From Myxococcota bacterium (lineage in GTDB: Bacteria > Myxococcota_A > Polyangia > Nannocystales > Nannocystaceae), in contig JBCCHT010000039.1 in assembly GCA_039028615.1 (NCBI GenBank), positions 1-64,000 on the forward strand: a stretch of DNA of 64,000 bases. Reading direction: 5' to 3'. How positions within the stretch are numbered: position 1 is the stretch's first letter; each line of letters starts with the position of its first letter. Shown here piece after piece: positions 1 to 9,008 of this stretch. The notes beneath the pieces are model-generated. The model was not told where the DNA came from and searched no databases. It saw only the letters and a list, made by a program, of their open reading frames with translations. A program made the translations under genes and the position numbers.

Positions 1-2
1 CG

Positions 3-410
3 GGTGGCTCGCACTCTCTCCGAAGTCCTCGGGCTTCTCCACGCTCTGCCGCAACCGTCCTAGCTCTCCGGTGGCTCGCACTCTCTCCGAAGTCCTCGGG
101 CTTCTCCACGCTCTGCCGCAACCGTCCTAGCTCTCCGGTGGCTCGCACTCTCTCCGAAGTCCTCGGGCTTCTCCACGCTCTGCCGCGACCGTCCGAACGC
201 GCCGCGACTCATCCGACCTCCGACACTCTCTGGCTTCTCCATGCACTGCCGCAGCGTCCGACCTCTACGACGGTTCGCACTCTCTGCGAAGTATTCCCGC
301 TTCTCCACGCACGTCCGTAGTCCGTTCGCGCGTCATGCCGACGCGCACTCGCTACGAAAGTTCTCTCGCTTCTCCGCGCGTTGCCGTAGTCGTTCGCGCT
401 CTACGGTGAC
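3..410. repeat. 67-bp tandem repeat array: 3 near-identical copies then about 3 degenerate copies; probably continues left of the window
   Basis: Unit GGTGGCTCGCACTCTCTCCGAAGTCCTCGGGCTTCTCCACGCTCTGCCGCAACCGTCCTAGCTCTCC starts at 3, 70 and 137. The core CTTCTCC recurs at 34, 101, 168, 234, 300 and 369 (period 66-69). Confidence 0.9.
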
Positions 411-475
411 TCGCACTGGTGCTCGGAAGCCCTGCTGGTGCGGCGGGGTGGGTCGTTATCGACGTTCGCGATCGG

Positions 476-1693
476 TTATTGCCAGCCGCAGAGGTCGCCT
501 TTGAAGGTGGTGGTGGATTTGGCTTCGGAGAGGGAGAGGATTTTGTTGGCGTGCAGGCCCCAGGTGCCGTCGGGGCTGGGGGTGATGGCGGACTCGGCGT
601 CTTCGGTGGGGGTTTTGGAGTGGGTTTCTTTGGCGGGGTCCCACCAGGACTTGGTCTTGGTGTCATAGATGTGGTGGGACTCGTGATAGAAATCGCCGCG
701 CGAGTTGTAGGTGACGAGTCGCCATAGGCGGCCTCCGCCGAGGTACTCGCCCGTGCCGCAATCGTCGGGGTTTTCTTCGCACTGGGTGCGGTCGACTTTG
801 GGCTTGGGGGCGGGTGGGGTCTCGAGGTCGGGCCAGGTGTGCATGCCGTCTTTGGCGAAGCGGGCGGCGAGGGTCTCGAGATACTTGGGGTCGAGGAGCT
901 TGGCTTTGTCGTAGCGGGCTTTGATGGCGGATTCGTCGGCGTTGAGGCGCTGCTTCGATCGGTCTTCGCCGACGTCTTCGTCGTCCTCGAAGCAGTACCA
1001 CTCGCGATCGCCTTCCGCGATGATGGTGCCGCCGACCCGAGGGTTCTCGTCGCTGACGGCGATGACGAGGGCGACGCACTCGTCGAGGCCCTCGACGTTG
1101 CCCGCGGTCATGAGGCCGTACTCCTTGGTGTGTCCGTCGCGCTGGGCCTGCCAGGAGATGCCTCCGTAGCCGTCGTCCGGGACTTCGATGCCGTCGACGA
1201 CGCGGTGGAGGGCACCGTCGGCAGGGTCGTAGGCGGAGATGGACTCTTCCGCGACGAGCCAGACGACGTGGTGGTACGGGTCTTGGTCGCACTCGGTGGC
1301 GCCGGGGACTTCGGCGATGAGCTCGGTCTTGCCGCTCGGTGCGAGGCTGAGCAGCTTGCCGTCGGCCAGCACGATGGCGCGTCGAGGGGAGATTTCCGAG
1401 TCGGCCTTCGGCTCCTCGGGCTTCGCTTCGTCGGGTTTCGCGTCCTCGGCCTCGGCGTCGTCGGGCTTGGGCTCCGTGGGCTTGGGGTCTTCGGCCTTCT
1501 TCTCGTCCGGCGTAGCGCCCTTCGTTTCCTTGGCGTCGGCGGTGGCCTTCTTCGCTTCGCTCTGGTCGGCCTTCGCCTTGGCGCTCGCGTCGTCGGTCTT
1601 GGCTTTCGATGGCTCGGCACCCCCGGTCCCTTGGGTGCAAGCCATGACGATGCTGAGCAACAACAATCCGCGGCGTCTCACGGGTACGAGCAT
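476..1693 (-). CDS. Hypothetical lipoprotein with Lys/Ala/Glu-rich linker and Cys-containing C-terminal domain
   Basis: 405-aa ORF with lipobox-like IVMAC, low-complexity linker and strong GC3 bias. Confidence 0.8.
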   Translation of the reverse strand: MLVPVRRRGLLLLSIVMACTQGTGGAEPSKAKTDDASAKAKADQSEAKKATADAKETKGATPDEKKAEDPKPTEPKPDDAEAEDAKPDEAKPEEPKADSEISPRRAIVLADGKLLSLAPSGKTELIAEVPGATECDQDPYHHVVWLVAEESISAYDPADGALHRVVDGIEVPDDGYGGISWQAQRDGHTKEYGLMTAGNVEGLDECVALVIAVSDENPRVGGTIIAEGDREWYCFEDDEDVGEDRSKQRLNADESAIKARYDKAKLLDPKYLETLAARFAKDGMHTWPDLETPPAPKPKVDRTQCEENPDDCGTGEYLGGGRLWRLVTYNSRGDFYHESHHIYDTKTKSWWDPAKETHSKTPTEDAESAITPSPDGTWGLHANKILSLSEAKSTTTFKGDLCGWQ

Positions 1694-1783
1694 CGCATCT
1701 TCCGCGACGGCGCGAGGTGGAGTTCCGCCACCTGTTCAGCGCCCACGGCGATCCGCTGCTGGACACCGCCCGCGAGGGGCGGC

Positions 1784-2662
1784 TCAGGTCGGGCTGCGGG
1801 GTCTTCGGCCTTCGATCAGATCGCGATCGCGATCGATCAGCTGCCGCATGAAGTCGCGAAAGGCCCGGATCCTCGGAGAGGCGCGGAGCTTGGGGTGGGT
1901 GAGCACCCACAGGTGCACGCCGACCGCGGCCACGTAGTCGCCCACGCGCACGAGTGACGGGTTCGCGTCACCGATCATGCAGGGGAGCAAGGCGAGGCCG
2001 ATGCCCGACTCCGCCGCCCAGGTCAGGGCGGGCAGCGAGGTCAGGCGCATGGCGATCGCGGCCTCGGGCACGTTGTCATCCATCCAGGTGCGGAACGACT
2101 CCAACGCGACCCACGGGTACTCGGCGTAGGGCGTCGCGGCACCCATCCGCACCACGAGCGACGGGGCGCCGTACACCGCATGAAAGGGCTTCGCGTGCTT
2201 GCGACCGACGAGGTGATCGGGAGGGTCGATCGCCAGGCGTACCGCCACGTCGGCTTCGCGCTGGGTCAGGTTGGCGAGCGACATGCTCGCGGTGAGCTCG
2301 AGCTCGATGTTGGGGTAGTCCTCCACGAAGACCGCGAAGTCCGGCATCCATAGGCGGATCAGCGTCTCGGTCGAGGCCACGCGAACGCTGCCCGCGAGCT
2401 TCGAGTCGAGTCCGTTGATCGCAGCGTCGAGGTCGTCGGTGACCTCCTCCACCGCGATGGCGGCTTGCAGCACGCGCTCGCCCGCCGCGGTCAGAACGGC
2501 CCCGTGCTTGAGCCGCTCGAAGAGCACCGCGCCCTGGTCTTCTTCGAGGGTCCGCAACCGCCGGGACATCGTCGTCGGGCTGACCTTCAGGGCCCGCGAC
2601 GCGGTGAGCAGCGTGCCGTGCCGCGAGAGCGCGAGGATGTATCGCAGGTCGTCCCAGTTCAT
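1784..2662 (-). CDS. LysR-family transcriptional regulator
   Basis: MNWDDLRY...TLLTASRALKVSPTTMSRRLRTLEE HTH; substrate-binding domain (LTQREADVAVR); 292 aa. Confidence 0.95.
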   Translation of the reverse strand: MNWDDLRYILALSRHGTLLTASRALKVSPTTMSRRLRTLEEDQGAVLFERLKHGAVLTAAGERVLQAAIAVEEVTDDLDAAINGLDSKLAGSVRVASTETLIRLWMPDFAVFVEDYPNIELELTASMSLANLTQREADVAVRLAIDPPDHLVGRKHAKPFHAVYGAPSLVVRMGAATPYAEYPWVALESFRTWMDDNVPEAAIAMRLTSLPALTWAAESGIGLALLPCMIGDANPSLVRVGDYVAAVGVHLWVLTHPKLRASPRIRAFRDFMRQLIDRDRDLIEGRRPRSPT

Positions 2663-2676
2663 GGCGTGGTCTCTGT

Positions 2677-2734
2677 ATTCTCGTTTTCGAGAATCATCAT
2701 CCCGAACATCGCGATTGTAATCGCATTTTCGAGA
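2677..2734. promoter_or_regulatory. AT-rich divergent promoter region with candidate LysR operator dyads
   Basis: Inverted repeats ATTCTCG-tttt-CGAGAAT (2677-2694) and GCGATT-gt-AATCGC (2711-2724); TTTTCGAGA repeated at 2684 and 2726; directly upstream of the lysR start. Confidence 0.55.
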
Positions 2735-2961
2735 TTATACGGTGTGAACACGCCGCAACGGCCGCCCATCAGGCCACAACGCGACGTGAAGCGCGGAGGT
2801 CGAACCAGACCGCCGCCCTGCTGCAGCGGACCCCAGCCCACCGTGATGAGGCTCGGTCCGCGCCACCCAGATCGGTCGAATCTGCCAGCGAAGGCGAGGT
2901 CCCGGCGTGCCGCCGTGGCCACGCCTCGGGGGTGGTGGCCGCGAAAGAAGCGAGTCGAGCC

Positions 2962-3357
2962 ATGAAGATCAAAGTTCCCGTGTTCGTAGTCGTCATCACC
3001 ACCCTCACGGGGCTCATCGCCACCGCCCTGGGGCTATGGGCTTCGCTGTCGCCACAGACGCATCCCCAGTTCATCGAGGGCGCCACCAAGATCGTGCTGT
3101 CGTGGTCGGGTCGCGAGCTGGGCCAGGGGCTCGCCGCGCTGGCGACGGTGGCGTTCATCCGAGACGCGAGGGGTTATGCGATCGCCATCGGGAGCTCCTG
3201 GGTCCGCGAGGTCATCGACTTCGTCGACTTCTTCCGCATCGCCGATACGCCGACGCGCCTGTACTTCGTGGTCGGCACCTCCGTCATCCTGCACAGCATC
3301 GCGCTGTGGATGACAATCAAGGCCATCCGCGAGCGCTCGTCGGAGACGAGCGTCTGA
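2962..3357 (+). CDS. Small 4-TM membrane protein, probable LysR target
   Basis: ATG at 2962 (MKIKVPVFVVV); four hydrophobic segments; divergent from lysR. Confidence 0.75.
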   Translation: MKIKVPVFVVVITTLTGLIATALGLWASLSPQTHPQFIEGATKIVLSWSGRELGQGLAALATVAFIRDARGYAIAIGSSWVREVIDFVDFFRIADTPTRLYFVVGTSVILHSIALWMTIKAIRERSSETSV

Positions 3358-3375
3358 GCGGACCGCGGCCGGACT

Positions 3376-4551
3376 TCAGCGCTCTTCGATCACCGCCAGC
3401 TGATCACCGTCGACGATCTCGAGCATCTTGATCTCTCCGCCGCCCCACGGCAGGTAGTACGAGCTGAGGCCCACGTCGATCATGATCAGCTGGTTGTCGC
3501 AGTCCGCCGCCAGGTCGTAGCGCACCGAGTGCCCCACCACCATCCGGTCCACATCGAGCGCGGCCAGGACCTCGGAGACGACCTCGCAGTAGTTGCGGAC
3601 GCGATCGCCCCGAGGCTCGAACTCGGTATCCGACAGGACCCGCGTCCACAGCGGCCCATCGGTGCTGCTGGCCACCAGGTCGTAGGGCATGGGCGCGTTG
3701 CCGAGCAGCCACTGACGCACGTCGGTGTTGATGTTGTCGATGCCGTACTCGACGTGCCAGGGCAGCACCCCGCCGTGCACATAGAGCGTGCGCTGCAGGA
3801 TGAGGATGACGTCGCGCTCGGCGAAGTACTCCGCGTAGGGCCCCCCGGGGTGATAGGCGGTGAGGTGCCCCTTCCACTCGTCGGGCGTGGTCTGCAGCTC
3901 TTCTTCGGTATAGGTCAGGTACTCGAAGTCCTCGGGATCGGGAATGCCGTACTTCCCCTCGATGAACGCGATGTACTCCTCGTCCCACTCGATGTCGTCG
4001 AACTGCGCGAGCGTCTCTTCGTGCGCATAGGCGGCGAGGTAGTTCATCGCCTGGTCCTCGCGCACGTTCTGGGTCTCGTGGTTGCCGAGCAGCGAGTGCA
4101 TGGCCCCGCCCGCCGCTTCAGCCTCCGCCGCCAGCTGACGCATGTAGTCCATGAGCGGACGGTTATCGAGGCCGCGATCGATGAGGTCGCCGACCTGGAC
4201 GATCGCCAGTTGATCGCCGCCGATCCACGCGCCCGTCTCGTCGATGGCCCCCGCCAGCATCAGCGCGGCCTGGGCGTTCTGCAGGTCGCCATGCATGTCA
4301 CCGATCGCGACCACCCGCGGAAACCGGAGTTCCTCCTTCTCGCCCGTGGACGTGCCGGTTGCTTCGACCGTACCCGTGGAAGAATCCGCCCCCGTGTCGG
4401 TGGTGGCCGGCTCGACGAGGGTCGTACCGCCACTGGTCGACGTCGACGCACTCGCCGTACTCCCCTCGGTCGCGCCCGACGTGGGCTCGCTCGGCTGACA
4501 CGCAATGGGGGCCAACGCCAAGGCGAACGCAATGGGGCGACTGCGCGACAT
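3376..4551 (-). CDS. Metallophosphoesterase, Shewanella-like (Shelph-type) phosphatase, lipoprotein
   Basis: GDMHGD, GDLIDRG, GNHE, HGG, GHS and IDVG motifs; lipobox PIAC followed by a Ser/Thr linker. Confidence 0.9.
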   Translation of the reverse strand: MSRSRPIAFALALAPIACQPSEPTSGATEGSTASASTSTSGGTTLVEPATTDTGADSSTGTVEATGTSTGEKEELRFPRVVAIGDMHGDLQNAQAALMLAGAIDETGAWIGGDQLAIVQVGDLIDRGLDNRPLMDYMRQLAAEAEAAGGAMHSLLGNHETQNVREDQAMNYLAAYAHEETLAQFDDIEWDEEYIAFIEGKYGIPDPEDFEYLTYTEEELQTTPDEWKGHLTAYHPGGPYAEYFAERDVILILQRTLYVHGGVLPWHVEYGIDNINTDVRQWLLGNAPMPYDLVASSTDGPLWTRVLSDTEFEPRGDRVRNYCEVVSEVLAALDVDRMVVGHSVRYDLAADCDNQLIMIDVGLSSYYLPWGGGEIKMLEIVDGDQLAVIEER

Positions 4552-4659
4552 CTGGAGAGACTACCACCGCAAATTCACCCGACGATGTTCGGGGTTGCGT
4601 AAGATCGGCGTGATCCGCCCACGCGCCTCGTGACTCTTGGCACTCCAGACGAGTCCCGC

Positions 4660-5571
4660 ATGACCCGCCCACTTCGCATGGTTTGCTTCTGGTCCGTCGT
4701 CACGGTGGCGTGTGGCCCCGCGGTCGTCGTTCCGAGTGGTGGCGCGAGCACCAGTGACGGGTCGACCACCCGGGGCGAGCCGCTCCCGACGACGTCGGCG
4801 GACCCGCCATCCCGAACGTCTTCGTCGACCTCGAGTACGGGCGCGCACAGCGACGGCCTCGATTCGGGCTTCGCCACCGGGAACCCGTCGTTCATCGACG
4901 ACCCCGACCTGGGTCCGGGCTCTGGAGCCGAGTGCGACATCGTCGTGCAGGACTGCCCCACGGGCGAAAAGTGCACGTGGGGGCAGGGCAACCCGGTGTG
5001 TGTGCCCCTCGCCGACGACCCGGCCGCGCCCGGCGAGCCGTGCACCATCGACGACACCGGACCCTTCGGCCCCGTCGACGATTGCGAGCAAGGCGGCTTG
5101 TGTTGGTTCATCGATCAAGAAACGGGCGTGGGCACCTGCTACTCGATGTGTACCGCCTCCAGCTCGTACCCCGTGTGCGACGACCCCGAGACCTTCTGCG
5201 CCCTCTCGGGCGAAGGCCCGCCGCTATGCCTGCGATGGTGCGACCCCTTGGGCTCCGACTGTGCGGAAGGACAAGGGTGCTATCCCATCAACGACTGGTG
5301 GCGCTGTGCGCCGACCATCGACGACGCGAGCCAGCTCGGAGAACCCTGCGAGTTCATCAACGGGTGCGAAGCCGGTCTCATTTGCCTCTCGATCGAGGTG
5401 TTCGTCTCGTGCGAAGGGATCGGGTGCTGTGGGGAAGTCTGCTCGTTGGACGATCCTTCCTGCACGAGCACCGCCCCCGAGACGATGTGCGCCCCCTGGT
5501 ACGAAGAGGGCGACGCACCGCTCCAACTCGAAGACGTCGGCGCGTGCGTCGAGGTGCCGCTACGGCGATGA
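4660..5571 (+). CDS. Cys-rich myxobacterial lipoprotein
   Basis: Lipobox TVAC, Ser/Thr linker, ECDIVVQDCPTGEKC and DDCEQGGLCW repeats. Confidence 0.8.
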   Translation: MTRPLRMVCFWSVVTVACGPAVVVPSGGASTSDGSTTRGEPLPTTSADPPSRTSSSTSSTGAHSDGLDSGFATGNPSFIDDPDLGPGSGAECDIVVQDCPTGEKCTWGQGNPVCVPLADDPAAPGEPCTIDDTGPFGPVDDCEQGGLCWFIDQETGVGTCYSMCTASSSYPVCDDPETFCALSGEGPPLCLRWCDPLGSDCAEGQGCYPINDWWRCAPTIDDASQLGEPCEFINGCEAGLICLSIEVFVSCEGIGCCGEVCSLDDPSCTSTAPETMCAPWYEEGDAPLQLEDVGACVEVPLRR

Positions 5572-5579
5572 CGCCCGGC

Positions 5580-6878
5580 TCAGCTCGCGGACCACAGCTC
5601 GTCGTAGGCAAACGGCACGCTCGCCGGATCCATCAGCTCGTCGAGGGTCCACTCCGTCGCCCCGCCCCACGTCTTGAACAGCCGGTCCTCACCCTCGAGC
5701 GGAGGCTGGTCGGAGTGCGTCTGCAGCCAGGTGGCGAAGTAGCGATCGAGCTCGCAGTGCAGCATATAAAAGTGCGGGTCGGCCCCTGCGTCCTGGAAGT
5801 AGGCCGAGCTGCCGTATAGGCCCCGCACGCCGGGCTCGCGGCTCTCCCCCGCCGAGAAGAAGTGCAGCACGGCATGGGGTGAGCGCTGGATGTGGGCGTT
5901 GATCACCGCCACCACCGCGAGGAAGCGCTCCTCGGTCCACGCCTGGATCCCATACTCGTCGTAGGCCCGGCCGCGGTCGATGGCGGTCAGGGCCGGCAAG
6001 ATTCCGAAGACCTCCATGGGATCGGTGGTCACCCACCCTCCCGCTTCGACGATGTCGGCGATGCTCAGGAAGCTGCCGTACACCATGGCGTTGGCCCCTT
6101 CCTTGTCGACGACCTCCTCGGCCCCTTCGCGCACCATCGCCGCGCCGGCCGGGTCCGGCCCCTCGGTGATCAGGCCGGGAATGGACTCGAGCGCGCGGCT
6201 CATCGCATCGAACCCGTCGTGGGCGATCGCGGCCGCGATCATGCGGGGCGAGGGCGGAGCCGTCGGGCACGTCCAGCTCTGCCCTTCGTACGCACGCATC
6301 ACCGCCTGGTAGGTCTCGCCGATGGCCAGCCCGTTGCTCTCGTGGCCCGAGTCGGGATCGATGGTCTCGTCGATATGGGGCACGGATACGCCGGTCGGGG
6401 TCCCCGTGGGCATCCACTCGCGCAGCCAGTCGGGATACTGCGCGCCATCGAAGTAGGGCACGAACACCGAGTCGGCCTCGCGGCAATCGAGCCCCCGCGC
6501 CGCGTAGTCGGCCACCAGCGCGGCCCGCATGGCCTGCTCGAGGTCGAGGACGTACGCGCGATGCCAGCATAAGAAGCGCCACGCATAGTTGTCTGGATTG
6601 ACGATGGCGGTGTAGTCGGCCCGAATCTGCGTCCCGTGGTGACGCTGGCCATCGAGATCGGCGTGTCCCATCGCGAGCTGCTCGAGCTCGCCGTTGAGCA
6701 CCAGCAGACCCCACGCCTGCTTGAACCGCTCGATTTCGTCCAGAGTCATCTGCGACGCCCCCTTGCGCACCACCACCGCCTGACCGGGCTCGACGCAGGA
6801 ATCGCTGGGGTCACCGTTGCAACTCAGGCCCGCTATGGGGGCACAGGAGATGAGCTGAAGCACTCGCCGTCGTTTCAT
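5580..6878 (-). CDS. Tyrosinase-family (type-3 copper) protein, probable Tat-exported lipoprotein
   Basis: CuA H...HHG...FLCWHR and CuB PHAVLH...DPHFYMLH motifs; N-terminal KRRRVL plus GLSC. Confidence 0.85.
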   Translation of the reverse strand: MKRRRVLQLISCAPIAGLSCNGDPSDSCVEPGQAVVVRKGASQMTLDEIERFKQAWGLLVLNGELEQLAMGHADLDGQRHHGTQIRADYTAIVNPDNYAWRFLCWHRAYVLDLEQAMRAALVADYAARGLDCREADSVFVPYFDGAQYPDWLREWMPTGTPTGVSVPHIDETIDPDSGHESNGLAIGETYQAVMRAYEGQSWTCPTAPPSPRMIAAAIAHDGFDAMSRALESIPGLITEGPDPAGAAMVREGAEEVVDKEGANAMVYGSFLSIADIVEAGGWVTTDPMEVFGILPALTAIDRGRAYDEYGIQAWTEERFLAVVAVINAHIQRSPHAVLHFFSAGESREPGVRGLYGSSAYFQDAGADPHFYMLHCELDRYFATWLQTHSDQPPLEGEDRLFKTWGGATEWTLDELMDPASVPFAYDELWSAS

Positions 6879-7132
6879 CGTTCATTCCTCGAATTTGGCC
6901 CGTCGACGCAGCAGCGCGGCGATCGGCGAGCATTCGCCCGATCGTCCGGCACCGCCGACACGACGAGGTTGGACGCGGTCACGATAGTCCATCCCTCGCA
7001 CCAGTCGCCGTCCGAAACCGGTCGGTGGCTTGCCGGATTCGGACTGGGCTGCCCCATGGGACACGGCGTATGTCCCATGGACCGAAGCGCGACCGAGGCG
7101 GCCAACCCTGCGATGAGCCGCCGCCTCGGCCT

Positions 7133-7148
7133 TGGCACGACGCTCGCA
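7133..7148 (+). promoter_or_regulatory. Candidate sigma54 (-24/-12) promoter
   Basis: TGGCACG-acgc-TCGCA has GG-N10-GC spacing and one mismatch to TGGCACG-N4-TTGCW; lies just upstream of the 7161 gene. Confidence 0.35.
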
Positions 7149-7160
7149 AACCAAGGGGGC

Positions 7161-7556
7161 ATGCTGAAGACTCCCTCGAAGCTCGTGATGCTCGGCTCGC
7201 TCCTGCTCGCCTCCCTCGGCGGCTGCGACCAGGGCCCGGGCGACTCGCTCGACCAAGACCCGGCCTTTCGCTACTTCAACGACGACCTCGAGCTGAACGT
7301 CGCGTTCAAGGCCATCGAGAACCTCGAGATCGCCGTCGTGGCCGGACGTACCTTCAACTTCGAGTGCTTCGAAGGCATGCAGATCCAGAGCGAGTACACG
7401 CTGACCTACCCAATCTGCATCCCCCCGCTACCCGGCTTCTGCACCGACACCTATCAGCTCATCGAAGAGTGCATCGACGGCCAGTTCGAGCCCGTCTCCA
7501 ACGACCTCATCGAACACGAATGCGACTACAGCTACTCGGGTGCGACATGCGGCTGA
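7161..7556 (+). CDS. Small Cys-containing lipoprotein
   Basis: ATG after AAGGGGG; MLKTPSKLVMLGSLLLASLGGC lipobox; an alternative start at 7188 is possible. Confidence 0.75.
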   Translation: MLKTPSKLVMLGSLLLASLGGCDQGPGDSLDQDPAFRYFNDDLELNVAFKAIENLEIAVVAGRTFNFECFEGMQIQSEYTLTYPICIPPLPGFCTDTYQLIEECIDGQFEPVSNDLIEHECDYSYSGATCG

Positions 7557-7575
7557 CTCCCGCATGATGGAGCAC

Positions 7576-7619
7576 GGAGACCGGGGGGCCCCGCTGGGTC
7601 GTGGGGTCCCTCGGTTTCC
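7576..7619. terminator. GC-rich hairpin between convergent genes
   Basis: GGAGACCGGGGGGCCCCGC pairs with GTGGGGTCCCTCGGTTTCC (with G-U pairs). Confidence 0.55.
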
Positions 7620-7634
7620 GATTTTGGGCGGCGA

Positions 7635-9008
7635 CTAGAGCTCGGCGAGCGCCGCCTCGAGCTTCGCCCGGGCCGCCTTGCCGCTCGCGTCGTCGTACAG
7701 GTTGCGAGTCTCCCCCGGGTCACGCTCGAGATCGAAGAGCGCATGGTTGCCGTCCTCGAACACGATGAGCTTGTAGCGCTCGTCGCGAATCGCCTTGCCG
7801 CCCACGTTCTTGGCCTTCGCCTTGCGCTCGTGAGAACGGTTTTGCTGCGAGAAGATCACCGCATGCCCGGCCTGCGACTCCCCGCGTAGATAGGGCACCA
7901 GGCTCGAGGAATCGCCGGCCGTCGAGGCGGGCAGCGGGTCGGCTCCGAGAAGCTCGGCCACGGTGGCGTACAGGTCGACCGAAGAGACCAGCGCGTCTTC
8001 GCTGCGCGAGCCCTTCACGGTGGGCCCCGAGACGCATAGCGGCACGTGCAGCCCGCCCTCGTATAGCGTGCCCTTGCTGTGCTTCTTGTCGAGCGGACGC
8101 CGAATGGTGCGAGCGGGCGAGCCGTTGTCCCCCAAGAACACCACGTCCACGCCGTCGGGCAGCGCGGCGAGCAACCGACCGAGCTCCGTGTCGAGGGCCT
8201 CGACCATCGCGTCGTAGTGCTCGGCCGGGTCGGTCGCGCCCGCGTGGGCATGCAACGACTCCGGCGGCAGGTGAAACGGACCGTGGGGCGCATTGAAGGC
8301 CAGCCACACCAGCCACGAATCCTCGGCGCCCTGCGTGCCGATGAAGCGCAGCGCATCGTCCACCGTCTCGGTGGTGGCGTAGTTGTCGACCGCGACCTCT
8401 TTGCCGTCCACCACCTTCGTGTACTCGAAGTAGCCATCGAGGTTGTCGATGGCCCCCGCGTAGTGGTCCCAGCCCATCTCGTTGGGCGTCCGCAGGCCAC
8501 CGATGGAATCGTCGTGGCCGAGGTGCCACTTGCCGATGTTGGCCGTGTTGGCCAGGTTGCCCACCAGCTTGGGCAGGGTCATCTGCCCGGCACGAATCTC
8601 CTTGCCGCGCCCGACCCCGTCGAGCCCCGTCCGAAACCCGTACTGGCCGGTGATGATGCTGCCCCGCGTGGGGGTGCAGGTCGGCGTCGCCCAGGCCCGC
8701 GTAAAGCGAACGCCCTTGCAGATCGAGTCGATCGTCGGGGTGGCGGGATAAGGACGCTCGCCCGAGTCGACGCCATTGATGTCGGCATACGCCGCGATGG
8801 CATCGACGCCGAGATCGTCGGCGATGACCAGCAGCACCCGCCGGGGCCCACCCGAGTTTCTGGCCGGCAACGCAGCGCCATCACCCGGCGGGGACTGAGC
8901 CGCCGAACCATCGCTCGGCTTGGGTGCGGGCCGCTCGGAGCCCGAGCATGCGCCCAGGGCCAGGCCCAACGACAACGTCAATCCGAGTCGGCCGTACATG
9001 GTGTTCAT
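7635..9008 (-). CDS. Sulfatase (formylglycine-dependent, Cys-type), lipoprotein
   Basis: IADDLG, CTPTRGSIITG (CxPxR), GKWHLG, FNAPH, GDNG and KGTLYEGG motifs; start overlaps the upstream stop (ATGA); lipobox LGAC. Confidence 0.92.
   Translation of the reverse strand: MNTMYGRLGLTLSLGLALGACSGSERPAPKPSDGSAAQSPPGDGAALPARNSGGPRRVLLVIADDLGVDAIAAYADINGVDSGERPYPATPTIDSICKGVRFTRAWATPTCTPTRGSIITGQYGFRTGLDGVGRGKEIRAGQMTLPKLVGNLANTANIGKWHLGHDDSIGGLRTPNEMGWDHYAGAIDNLDGYFEYTKVVDGKEVAVDNYATTETVDDALRFIGTQGAEDSWLVWLAFNAPHGPFHLPPESLHAHAGATDPAEHYDAMVEALDTELGRLLAALPDGVDVVFLGDNGSPARTIRRPLDKKHSKGTLYEGGLHVPLCVSGPTVKGSRSEDALVSSVDLYATVAELLGADPLPASTAGDSSSLVPYLRGESQAGHAVIFSQQNRSHERKAKAKNVGGKAIRDERYKLIVFEDGNHALFDLERDPGETRNLYDDASGKAARAKLEAALAEL

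Noticed and set aside
3..410. Possible CRISPR array
   Set aside because: Units are contiguous repeats without unique spacers, and no cas genes are in the window.
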